From positions 62,001 through 126,000 of the IMG/VR virus record IMGVR_UViG_3300023179_004149: a DNA stretch of 64,000 bases; one strand, given 5' to 3'. Positions 7,559 to 16,468 of the stretch are shown piece after piece. The notes under the pieces were generated by a model. It saw only the letters and a list, made by a program, of their open reading frames with translations, made no database searches and was not told the origin of the DNA. A program made the position numbers and the translations under genes. Position 1 is the first letter of the stretch. Each line of letters begins with the position of its first letter.

Positions 7559-8530
7559 TTAATCTACTATTCGTGTTGTTTTATTTTTTAACCAATCTTT
7601 TAAATTATCTTGGCCATAAGTTTGGTTGAAGCTAGAAACATCATGTTCTTCTGGCATCCTATTTATCAGGATTCGATTCATTAGTTTACCGCAATCAAGT
7701 TTATTATATATTTTGACAGCATCATCATTGGCATCGGAATCCAAAACAATAATGATAAAGCTATTGGCTTTGCGGTATATCAAATCCAACAACTTATCAT
7801 ACATTTTCTTACCCAGTAACGGTATGCTGTTTGGTATAACTATATGATCAAAAGCACCCTCAACCAAGAATATGGGTTTATCCCAGTTAATCATATTTTC
7901 ATTGAAAATGATACTGGTTTTATCCACCTCTGGGTTTAAATATTTATATTTCGTATTCTGTTTGCTGATGGATCGTGCAACAAAATAATTGAGATCCCCG
8001 TCGATGTCATAAGAAGGTATGACAATCCTATTTTGATATTTACCATCGAGGCAAAACCCGAGTTTATATTTAGCAATTATCTCATCGGTAATGCCTCTAC
8101 TATATAGATAATTAAAAGCTGAAACAAATAAAATGTGCCCTTGTTTACCAGTTAGGTAATAAAAAGATTCAGGTAATTTTAAAACCCGTTTATCAATCTC
8201 AAACCCCTCATCCTCATAAAAGTCACTATCGAATACGAAATGAGCGTTGATGAATTTCCTTAAAGTTTCTTTATCAGCATATTGCTTGAAAAGGTAATAT
8301 AGTTTACCTTTGGTACCATCTGTTTCAGCGCAAGCCCAACAGTTATATACGCCTAATTCATAATTTATTTCAAGATTACCTTTACCATCGTGATCAAGAC
8401 CCTTCTCATAAGAGCAGTTAGGACAGTCAAAACTGATCTGTCCTCTACTCTCATAGTGTTTTCTAGGTTCCCCAAGAAAATCCTCCAATAAACTTATAAG
8501 TTCTTCGTGCCTATCGTCAGAAACGAACAT
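7559..8530 (-). CDS. dnaG: DNA primase (zinc-binding + TOPRIM)
   Basis: CPNC...CWAC zinc finger, YLYSRGI, RIVIP, KYKYLNP, VEGAFD, LDSDA. Confidence 0.88.
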   Translation of the reverse strand: MFVSDDRHEELISLLEDFLGEPRKHYESRGQISFDCPNCSYEKGLDHDGKGNLEINYELGVYNCWACAETDGTKGKLYYLFKQYADKETLRKFINAHFVFDSDFYEDEGFEIDKRVLKLPESFYYLTGKQGHILFVSAFNYLYSRGITDEIIAKYKLGFCLDGKYQNRIVIPSYDIDGDLNYFVARSISKQNTKYKYLNPEVDKTSIIFNENMINWDKPIFLVEGAFDHIVIPNSIPLLGKKMYDKLLDLIYRKANSFIIIVLDSDANDDAVKIYNKLDCGKLMNRILINRMPEEHDVSSFNQTYGQDNLKDWLKNKTTRIVD

Positions 8531-8546
8531 GATGAGTGATTTTCAT

Positions 8547-8578
8547 CAAAAATAAACAAAAAAAACAAAAAAACCAAA
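8547..8578 (-). promoter_or_regulatory. Possible Bacteroidota-type housekeeping promoter (-33 TTTG / -7 TAnnTTTG)
   Basis: Coding strand TTTG-N20-TATTTTTG upstream of primase. The region is T-rich, so a chance match is possible. Confidence 0.4.
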
Positions 8579-9184
8579 TTACTCGATGATCTTTTTCATT
8601 TTCATAAAACCAAGCACACAGGTGTAGCTATCAGCCATATCAAAATTTTCTTTTTTCAGCGCACCCTTAGCATCCAATAACCATTTAATGTTTGGTTCTC
8701 TTTTTGAGACCTTCTCCCAGATTACCATTTTTTTATCGGTGTCTTTTGAGTAAGCACCAAATAATACTAGTTTTTTATTAGACCCTGGTTGCATTAACTC
8801 AGGAAAGGCATTTTTTCTGGCTTCGTATGTACTTACATATTCTGGTACCGCCCCAATAATATCATATGTTATCTTGGTTACCATACCGTTAAATCTAAGT
8901 AGTGTTCCCACCGTATTAACGTTGTTTGAACGCAATAAAGGTTCTTCGATGACAACATGTTTAATCTTGGTTTTCATTTTGGTGTATTTCTTAATAAATT
9001 CAGCATAAAGATCCGCCTTTTTAATCAATTCTTCTGTTTTTGAATCAGGTACTGGTTTAGCCTTTGGTGAGATGTGAGTTAATTCCAGTAGTTGTCCCTT
9101 ATTATCAAAAAGTGACACGCCAATTGTTTTGGTTGACACATCTAAACCCAAAAGATAGTACTCATTATCGTTAGTTTTATTCAT
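8579..9184 (-). CDS. ruvC: RuvC-like Holliday junction resolvase
   Basis: LLGLDVSTKTIG, VVIEEP and DMADS catalytic acidic motifs. Confidence 0.85.
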   Translation of the reverse strand: MNKTNDNEYYLLGLDVSTKTIGVSLFDNKGQLLELTHISPKAKPVPDSKTEELIKKADLYAEFIKKYTKMKTKIKHVVIEEPLLRSNNVNTVGTLLRFNGMVTKITYDIIGAVPEYVSTYEARKNAFPELMQPGSNKKLVLFGAYSKDTDKKMVIWEKVSKREPNIKWLLDAKGALKKENFDMADSYTCVLGFMKMKKIIE

Positions 9185-9281
9185 TTGTTTCTTTTATATT
9201 TTTTTCGGTTAGTGTTTATTAACGCACATAAGAAGCTTCATTTGTATGGGATTCAAATAATCTATAAATATATAACATATT

Positions 9282-11219
9282 TTAAAGTCTAATACGAATA
9301 TTAAAAGAAACGACATCATACCAATACTTTTTGACTGGTTGTGATGGTTTACAAATAGCCAATAAATTACCATTAGCATCGTGTAAACCCAAACCAGTAA
9401 TAATAACAGGATAAAGTTCATCACTACCAGTTTGGAAATCAGCATATGTTGGTGTGTTTAGTAGATTACTCATCTCCAAACCATATGTTGATGTTGTTGA
9501 ACCTTGTGTTGCTAAACCAAATAACTCTTTTGCTGAATCATTTGTTGACCTAAAAAATTCGTTAGCTGATGCCAAACAAACAATATTCAATGATTTTTCT
9601 GTATTATAACTTTTAAACTCCATATTTGAGGTAATACCACTATAAGTACCAGTTAAACCAGTGAAAATAAATTGTGAGCTGTCCCAATAAACATAATTAG
9701 TGTTATCGACAGTAGTAATCATTTTCGTTGGGTCGGTTTTAACAGCTCCTCTCGTTGTACCAGTCGCTAAAGCGCCGTAGTCATAAACTTTAGTACCGCC
9801 ACTCCAGGTTCCGCTTGATGAAATGGTTCCAGCAAAAACATTTTTGAAGTACGAATCAACTATTAATGGATGTGTTATCACAACAAAACCTTTATCCAGG
9901 GCCACAAAACCGACACATTGGTCGTTAAAATAATCATAAGTTGGTTTTTCGATACCCGCAGTTTCGCTAAATACTTTAATACCTTCCATTAAATCAACCG
10001 TACCACCGCTCCATGAAGAAAAATTAGTATCGTATGGGGCTTTAATTGTATCTGAGAATAATAAAACAACGTTACTTTGATATGTTGTGTCATTAAACGT
10101 TGAGTTATTTAAATCTGGTCTAACACCTATATCCTGTACCGATAAATCGGTTTCGGAAAGTGCTTTGTCCATATTGATAGATCTCGAATAACCAGATTTA
10201 TTATATGTACCGTATATGCTAAGTTGTGTTGGCGTTGACGAATACCCCGTATACGAACCAAATACTTGGTTAATTAATGTGTTACCCGTTACACCAGTCG
10301 CAGCATAATAGGGTAATGTCATTCTAAATGTTTTACCGTCAATTATTTCGCCGTATTCGTTATTAGGTATTTCAAATATCAAATACATATCATTTTCAAC
10401 AGGTAAAGCAGCTTTATTTGTAGACATAAATTCATAGCTACCGATTGTTTGTAATACCGTACCATAGTATTCGCCCGTATATCCGCTTGTGGGGTGTACT
10501 GCTAAAGTAACCCCAGATGTTGAACCTGTGTTTGTCCAAGGTGTCCATGTATATTTTTGACCACCTAAAAGGTAATTATATGTTGTGCCAGTCGCTAACG
10601 CACTTGTACCAAGTTGGCTTCTCTTGTATTTCATTAAATCCAACTCCGTAACAGGTAAATTTAAACTTTTTAATAAATTAGCAAATATCGTATTACTTTC
10701 ATCTCTTTTTACAAGCATAGCCTTAGTGATACCTGTTGTTGGTATTGTACCACCAGTAACTATGTTTGTTATTATATTGTACCCATCAAATAAATCATAA
10801 GGCACTGAGTCAGAAACAACAACGGGCGTTTCTACTGGCTTAAGTACTGTTAATGTTGTTGGGTTTACATCATACTCAATATATCCGTTACAATCACCCC
10901 CATTAATATATGTGGATAGACTAAGATCGGTATACTGTAATGTCATATAGTAATTAAAACCGTCTGTATTCAGTGGTGTTATTGTTGTGTTATCAATGTT
11001 ATATTCAACAAACTTAGCCGTTAACGTGTTTGTTGACTTAGTATTTAAATAGGTTTGAAACGCAGCACCCCTCACATTTGTGTGTGTCACCGTAACCGTT
11101 TGGTTCGCTGATGGTAAATAATTAACTGATTGGGCTAAATAGAAGGTTGCTCTACCGTCGGTACCACCACTTTCTTTTTTTCTAAAGAAAGGAATTCTCA
11201 TTTTTAATATTGCACTCAT
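9282..11219 (-). CDS. baseplate/tail-fibre attachment structural protein
   Basis: C-terminal ITGLGLHDANGNLLAICKPSQPVKK is a tail-collar/fibre-like motif. T/G/S-rich beta composition. Confidence 0.65.
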   Translation of the reverse strand: MSAILKMRIPFFRKKESGGTDGRATFYLAQSVNYLPSANQTVTVTHTNVRGAAFQTYLNTKSTNTLTAKFVEYNIDNTTITPLNTDGFNYYMTLQYTDLSLSTYINGGDCNGYIEYDVNPTTLTVLKPVETPVVVSDSVPYDLFDGYNIITNIVTGGTIPTTGITKAMLVKRDESNTIFANLLKSLNLPVTELDLMKYKRSQLGTSALATGTTYNYLLGGQKYTWTPWTNTGSTSGVTLAVHPTSGYTGEYYGTVLQTIGSYEFMSTNKAALPVENDMYLIFEIPNNEYGEIIDGKTFRMTLPYYAATGVTGNTLINQVFGSYTGYSSTPTQLSIYGTYNKSGYSRSINMDKALSETDLSVQDIGVRPDLNNSTFNDTTYQSNVVLLFSDTIKAPYDTNFSSWSGGTVDLMEGIKVFSETAGIEKPTYDYFNDQCVGFVALDKGFVVITHPLIVDSYFKNVFAGTISSSGTWSGGTKVYDYGALATGTTRGAVKTDPTKMITTVDNTNYVYWDSSQFIFTGLTGTYSGITSNMEFKSYNTEKSLNIVCLASANEFFRSTNDSAKELFGLATQGSTTSTYGLEMSNLLNTPTYADFQTGSDELYPVIITGLGLHDANGNLLAICKPSQPVKKYWYDVVSFNIRIRL

Positions 11220-11242
11220 TATATATAATATTATTTAATCTA

Positions 11243-11575
11243 TTATGCTATTGCTGCTGTCGATCTTACTGCAACCAAGTTAGCAGCTGCAGCTGCTGTT
11301 GTAGTTGTTGCCGTAGTCGTAGTTGCGGTTGGTAATCCATAAATTATCTGGTTTTTTATACCAATATTTTTAGATGTCGAGTAAACATTATCATCATAGT
11401 CACCTGTTAGATCTGTGGCCACCTGTGTTAATGTTTCAGTTGCGTTATAGTTAGCGTCTTCATCAGTCAATGAAAAGCTAACTGGCGCAAACCCTTGTCT
11501 CAATAAGGCATCCCTACCCGCATCAGTAAGATAAACCACCATTTCAACCGTGGTACCTGTTGCTATTAAACCCAT
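11243..11575 (-). CDS. small tail/baseplate structural protein
   Basis: YLTDAGRDALL...FSLTDEDANY motif is shared with the 13151 and 13720 ORFs. Thr/Ala-rich tail. Confidence 0.6.
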   Translation of the reverse strand: MGLIATGTTVEMVVYLTDAGRDALLRQGFAPVSFSLTDEDANYNATETLTQVATDLTGDYDDNVYSTSKNIGIKNQIIYGLPTATTTTATTTTAAAAANLVAVRSTAAIA

Positions 11576-11615
11576 AGTTTTACGTTTTATTTAAATATAG
11601 TTATTAATATTTTTT

Positions 11616-11624
11616 TATAAATAG
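11616..11624 (-). promoter_or_regulatory. CTATTTATA phage promoter-like motif
   Basis: Recurring intergenic motif, here 41 nt upstream of a start codon. Confidence 0.6.
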
Positions 11625-11638
11625 TCTTTATCTTAGTT

Positions 11639-12262
11639 TTATGATGTTAAGAATGTTGTATTTGTTGACGTATTTATTAAATTGATAGATAATGTCAAAT
11701 CACTATTAATTAGTGTGGTAAACCCAGAGTCCGTATATACATTAATTTTACAATTAATATCTATAATTCCGTTTTTTTTATTTGGGGTTAATTTTGTTCT
11801 TCCAAAATATTGATAATTTATATTATTTATATTTTGAACAATGTATTGAGCGCCAATTTTATAAGATTGGTAAGGGTATAAAACGGTTTTCGACCCGTTT
11901 TTATATCCTAACTCAGTTGAAAGTATTAATTTACCGATTAAGTTACCTCTGAAATAAACATTATACGTTTGGTATTGGTACGTTTCGTCATCGGCAACGG
12001 AATCCAGGGTTGTTTTTAGTGTGGTGTTTAATTCACCATTCCTGTTTCTAAATGTTAAACCCGACAAAGAAACACCACTCACATAAATCGGTGTTGTTTG
12101 TTTGTTCATTATGTAGATAAAATTATTATCTGTTGACGATGTTGATTTAGTTGAATCGGTAACACTTAACCCATGAGTATTTAAATAGAAATCGGATCCG
12201 TCTATTCTAAAACTGAATTTTGGTTGTATGTCAACTTTTCTTATGTATGTAACTGATGGCAT
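11639..12262 (-). CDS. hypothetical virion protein
   Basis: 207-aa ORF within the structural operon, beta-rich composition. Confidence 0.55.
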   Translation of the reverse strand: MPSVTYIRKVDIQPKFSFRIDGSDFYLNTHGLSVTDSTKSTSSTDNNFIYIMNKQTTPIYVSGVSLSGLTFRNRNGELNTTLKTTLDSVADDETYQYQTYNVYFRGNLIGKLILSTELGYKNGSKTVLYPYQSYKIGAQYIVQNINNINYQYFGRTKLTPNKKNGIIDINCKINVYTDSGFTTLINSDLTLSINLINTSTNTTFLTS

Positions 12263-12275
12263 GATAAATTAAGTT

Positions 12276-13151
12276 TTATGAGCCTCCGCCTACTACAGGT
12301 ACCGATTCATTATCTGAAGAAACCTGATACCACAAATAAGTATTTGACATTAATTCAATACTTTCAGATGTGTTATATGGGTACGTTGTACCAGTAACAG
12401 CGATATTATAATATTTAATTATTAGTTTATAATCCTTACTATTTGTTGCGACCGATGAAAAATCTGGTAATGATGCTGTAACTTTAAAATTATAACCATT
12501 TGGTCCAAACGCATCATTGAAATAATCAGAATATTTCGCATACCCCCCATCAACACCGCCCGTTGATCCAGTGCCGTAACAAAGATCGATACAAGGTTCA
12601 CCATTTAGTCCAGTATTTAACTTGAATCCCTGTGTTAAACCAGTACTAAACCTGGTGGTTCCAGTTCCGACATATGTCCAACTTGATGATAATGAATTCC
12701 AAAAATACAAATCCGCTAATGATAATGGGATTAAATTAGCACCAAGTTGAACGTATAATTTAACACGTAATCGGTTTAAATGTTTACCGTAATTTTCATA
12801 ACTTATCACCGATGAATCTGGCGTATAACCCCCTAACGATGATCCTGTGAATTTAAAATTAAAAGTAAAAGTATTATAATACATTTTATTTAACGTCAAT
12901 TCATTTGGTTTCGTTATCTCTGTGTATTTGAAAGATGAATTACCACTAGCCCTGTTTGACCCCAAAATCACCCCTGGGTCTGAATATGACGCATTTTTAA
13001 AAACAAACGATAAAGATTCATTTGTTGTTTTCGGGAAAAAATCGGTGTGTTTTATTAGTTTGGTTAAATAATTACTACTATCTACCGTCCCAGTGGGAAC
13101 AAATGAAAGATAGTAGCCATTTAAACCAGAAATATTAAATTGTTTTTTCAT
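12276..13151 (-). CDS. hypothetical virion protein
   Basis: 291-aa ORF. Its start overlaps the upstream stop (TAATG). G/S/T-rich. Confidence 0.55.
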   Translation of the reverse strand: MKKQFNISGLNGYYLSFVPTGTVDSSNYLTKLIKHTDFFPKTTNESLSFVFKNASYSDPGVILGSNRASGNSSFKYTEITKPNELTLNKMYYNTFTFNFKFTGSSLGGYTPDSSVISYENYGKHLNRLRVKLYVQLGANLIPLSLADLYFWNSLSSSWTYVGTGTTRFSTGLTQGFKLNTGLNGEPCIDLCYGTGSTGGVDGGYAKYSDYFNDAFGPNGYNFKVTASLPDFSSVATNSKDYKLIIKYYNIAVTGTTYPYNTSESIELMSNTYLWYQVSSDNESVPVVGGGS

Positions 13152-13720
13152 TATATTAGTATATATGTTAATATCGGAGTTGTTGTTTGAGCGACATCTG
13201 GTTCATATAACACATACGATTTTTCTGTGTTATTTTTTATTGTGTATAAAGATTTTTTATACTCTTTATTATCTACTATAGACCCTCTTAGTTTAACCTG
13301 AACGAATACGTCGTTTACATAGTCATCGTTAAATGCGTTATTATTTCCGAGTGATGTTGTTTTAGTACCCGCATGATTTATTACTGGTATTGGTTGTTTG
13401 GTTATAACGTTAGGATCAAACAAAATTTTAGCTTCCCACCAATCGGATGGTGGTGATGATCTTGAACCTGTGCCTATTTTGAATTTGTAATAAGTACCCC
13501 CAGTTACAACATAATCACCAGGTACATAATTGGCAAGGTTTGTACCGTCATATGGTAAAATTTCGTTTGGTTTTGGTACAAAATATTCGTAATTGGCGTC
13601 TGAATCGGTAAGAGAGAAATACTTAACGGCAGTCATAAAACCACCATCAAGAGTTTTTTCTCTACCTAAATCGGTCAAATATATTTCAAAACTATTTGTG
13701 TTATCTTTTATAAAACCCAT
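13151..13720 (-). CDS. tail/baseplate structural protein with CBM5/12-like insert
   Basis: YLTDLGREK...FSLTDSDANY motif, plus YVPGDYVVTGGTYY...PPSDWW. Confidence 0.6.
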   Translation of the reverse strand: MGFIKDNTNSFEIYLTDLGREKTLDGGFMTAVKYFSLTDSDANYEYFVPKPNEILPYDGTNLANYVPGDYVVTGGTYYKFKIGTGSRSSPPSDWWEAKILFDPNVITKQPIPVINHAGTKTTSLGNNNAFNDDYVNDVFVQVKLRGSIVDNKEYKKSLYTIKNNTEKSYVLYEPDVAQTTTPILTYILI

Positions 13721-16434
13721 TAGAAATCTATCGTTGCTTGTATTATTAACATATCAGAATTATATTTTCTAACCAACGGTTGACTAAACTTACCTATAGC
13801 AACCAGATCGTCATCAGCGTCGTATATACCTATTTCGGTAAATGATGCTTTATCTTCATTTGGGTTAAACGTAGGGTTTGCACTATTAATGAATTGATTA
13901 GGCAATACGTTACATGTGAGTATTGTTTTATAAACCATAGCATGAATATCAGTTTCAACGTTACCGTAGAAGAAGTTTTCATCTCCGAATGTCATTCCTG
14001 TAATATTAGTTGAACTTGGGATAGAAATAAAGTTATTTACATTATAAGTTTGTCCAGAACTTACACTAAGGAAAGATTTATCGATATTAACCCTTAAATT
14101 TGCTATGTTTAACGGTGTCATACCATTATCCACGGGCTCAGTACCAAGTCCAGCAGCATCAATATAGAAATAAGTTAAATTACTTCCAGCTGTTGGTGAG
14201 AAACTTAACTGTATTCTTCTATTAGCTGTTGTACCAGTGGTAAATACACCGTAGTACGCCGAATTCAACAATTGTCCGTTATAGAATACCCACACAACAT
14301 TATTATTAGGTATTTCGTTTAAGGTTAAACATACGGCACCTGTTGATCCTGTGTATATTCCATTGGCATAAGTATACGCCAGGTAATTAGATGGTACTAC
14401 CACACTCTGTCTTATTAACGATGATGTTTGGGTCGTACCAGTTACATAGTTAATCATCAGATCCGATGTTGATACGATATCCGTGGCCTTAAACCATATT
14501 GTGGTACCAGTTGTTTGTGTGTCAATATAATATTTGTTTGAGGTACCTATTCCAGTAATTGTATTTGAAGGATCCAAAACACTACCAACGTTACTACTTG
14601 TTAAACCAGAACTAATGAATAAACTACCTATTGGTTTTTGTGAGGTTTGGTATGTGTAATAGTTAGTCCCAAGATATGTTACTGGCGTAACCGATCCTGT
14701 GCCAATGATTACCTCACTAAATAAACCAAAGTATTCTGTGTTGGTTTGGAAACCGCCGTTATATAAACATCCATTGGTCCCCACGTAGTTATTGATATTG
14801 TAATAATTCCAATCGTTTGCCGCTGGTGTGGCGTTAATATCGGTTTTTTGCCATAACATCGTAATAGCATTTGTTCTATAACCCATACCTGTAAACCCAG
14901 TATATGGCATTAAATAACTAAATTCGCTATAAGATAACCCAGTATATCCAGTTGGTTGTTGAGAAAATTGGAATGTAATGTCTTTGGCAACAGTATCTGT
15001 GTTTTTAACTGTTGCGTAATTTTCACAATGTAATCCTGTATTTCCTGATACATCAGCAAAAATGTAGCTCACGTGAAAAGCTTCGTTAGGTTGAAGTGCA
15101 CCTATCGTACTTGATTCAGGACAAACCCCAGGATTAACCATCGTCAACTGCGGGGTCGGTAATGTGTAATTCCTGTTACCCTTATAAGATAACGCAACCA
15201 ATAATTCTTGATCTTCGATTATAACAATCTTCTCGTCAACCAATACTTTACCAACAACTGTTGGTATATACTCCTGGTCTATCAAATCATAATATTTGAT
15301 TGTGTTATTAGCACCCATGTACTTAACTGTATCATCACAAACAAACGTATATCCGATATTGGTGGCTGTACTAATGCCCCCAAATTGTTTTTTATGCCAC
15401 ATTAAATACGGCACTTTTAATTTGAATGTATTACTATAAAACCCCTCAGCATAATAATTACTAACCGATTTATTAGTGTAGTGAATTATACCTATTTTGT
15501 TTTTATCTATCGTAATAAAATAATCGTAATTTATAGCCGTACCCCAATAATTTTTTGATTTATTTCCATACTTACCTTTATATAATGAGCTATCTAAACC
15601 AATTATATCATCAAGAGTAACAATTGTCATATTCCAAACTGGAATGTCATCACCAGACGGTGTGGCCCCTGTTGTGAAATTCAACATACCATTCTGCCAA
15701 TAAGCTGTTGGGTCTTGAGCGTCATAATAATCAGCTATTGTATTTGATCCTGGGTATATAAAGCCATTTACCTTGTATGAATCATACCCTGGTAGTGCTC
15801 TGTCGACCTGGAATTCGATTGCGGTTCCAGAAGTGTAACCCGATAAATTGTAGGTTGATCCGCTGTTTACCGTAACAATTGAGAACATTTCATACAAAAT
15901 AGGTTTGGGGTTTATCGTAACCCCAGATACATCCGTATAATTTGCAGTATATCCGCTTGTTTTGATCTTTAAAAACAAATAATCACCAGTATCAATGGTT
16001 GTCTTATATCCTGTGTTTTTAATGCTATTGCTGTTAAAACGCAATGTGATTTTGTTCGATATTGTGGGTGTTGTACCTGTAACATTGGAAACTAAACACA
16101 AAGAACTATCAATATCTACAGTTCCACCAGTATTATAAGTAAAAAATCCACGCTCTTTAGCAGCAGCATGAATCTCAATAGGTTTTGAGGTAATTACAGA
16201 TATTGGGTTTCTATAATTTGTTCCACTACTTGGAACTGGGTATTGCACATCGTGTTGTGAATCCGCTGGTCTTAAAATGTTTATTAAGCTAGGATCATCG
16301 GACGAGTAATCCATCTCACCATCCCCCAGGGTAAAGTTTACAAACGACAGAGATCCGTTAGATAGATTTCTCCTACCTTTATTAGTTAACTTCAAATTAA
16401 CCAACGGGTCGGTTTTTTTTATTATATAGCTCAT
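13720..16434 (-). CDS. large tail-fibre/baseplate protein (tail-collar-like N and C termini)
   Basis: N-terminal LTNKGRRNL...FTLGDGEMDY and C-terminal FTEIGIYDADDDLVAIGKFSQPL. Confidence 0.65.
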   Translation of the reverse strand: MSYIIKKTDPLVNLKLTNKGRRNLSNGSLSFVNFTLGDGEMDYSSDDPSLINILRPADSQHDVQYPVPSSGTNYRNPISVITSKPIEIHAAAKERGFFTYNTGGTVDIDSSLCLVSNVTGTTPTISNKITLRFNSNSIKNTGYKTTIDTGDYLFLKIKTSGYTANYTDVSGVTINPKPILYEMFSIVTVNSGSTYNLSGYTSGTAIEFQVDRALPGYDSYKVNGFIYPGSNTIADYYDAQDPTAYWQNGMLNFTTGATPSGDDIPVWNMTIVTLDDIIGLDSSLYKGKYGNKSKNYWGTAINYDYFITIDKNKIGIIHYTNKSVSNYYAEGFYSNTFKLKVPYLMWHKKQFGGISTATNIGYTFVCDDTVKYMGANNTIKYYDLIDQEYIPTVVGKVLVDEKIVIIEDQELLVALSYKGNRNYTLPTPQLTMVNPGVCPESSTIGALQPNEAFHVSYIFADVSGNTGLHCENYATVKNTDTVAKDITFQFSQQPTGYTGLSYSEFSYLMPYTGFTGMGYRTNAITMLWQKTDINATPAANDWNYYNINNYVGTNGCLYNGGFQTNTEYFGLFSEVIIGTGSVTPVTYLGTNYYTYQTSQKPIGSLFISSGLTSSNVGSVLDPSNTITGIGTSNKYYIDTQTTGTTIWFKATDIVSTSDLMINYVTGTTQTSSLIRQSVVVPSNYLAYTYANGIYTGSTGAVCLTLNEIPNNNVVWVFYNGQLLNSAYYGVFTTGTTANRRIQLSFSPTAGSNLTYFYIDAAGLGTEPVDNGMTPLNIANLRVNIDKSFLSVSSGQTYNVNNFISIPSSTNITGMTFGDENFFYGNVETDIHAMVYKTILTCNVLPNQFINSANPTFNPNEDKASFTEIGIYDADDDLVAIGKFSQPLVRKYNSDMLIIQATIDF

Positions 16435-16446
16435 TATATTTTTATA

Positions 16447-16454
16447 ATAAATAG
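16447..16454 (-). promoter_or_regulatory. CTATTTAT phage promoter-like motif
   Basis: Recurring intergenic motif, 13 nt upstream of the ATG at 16434. Confidence 0.6.
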
Positions 16455-16468
16455 ATTTATTTTAACTT

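Noticed and set aside
8530-8548. 6-bp hairpin next to the primase start
   Set aside because: Too weak to support a regulatory claim.
9209-9241. 10-codon mini-ORF MKLLMCVNKH upstream of ruvC
   Set aside because: Too short to distinguish from chance; no supporting structure.
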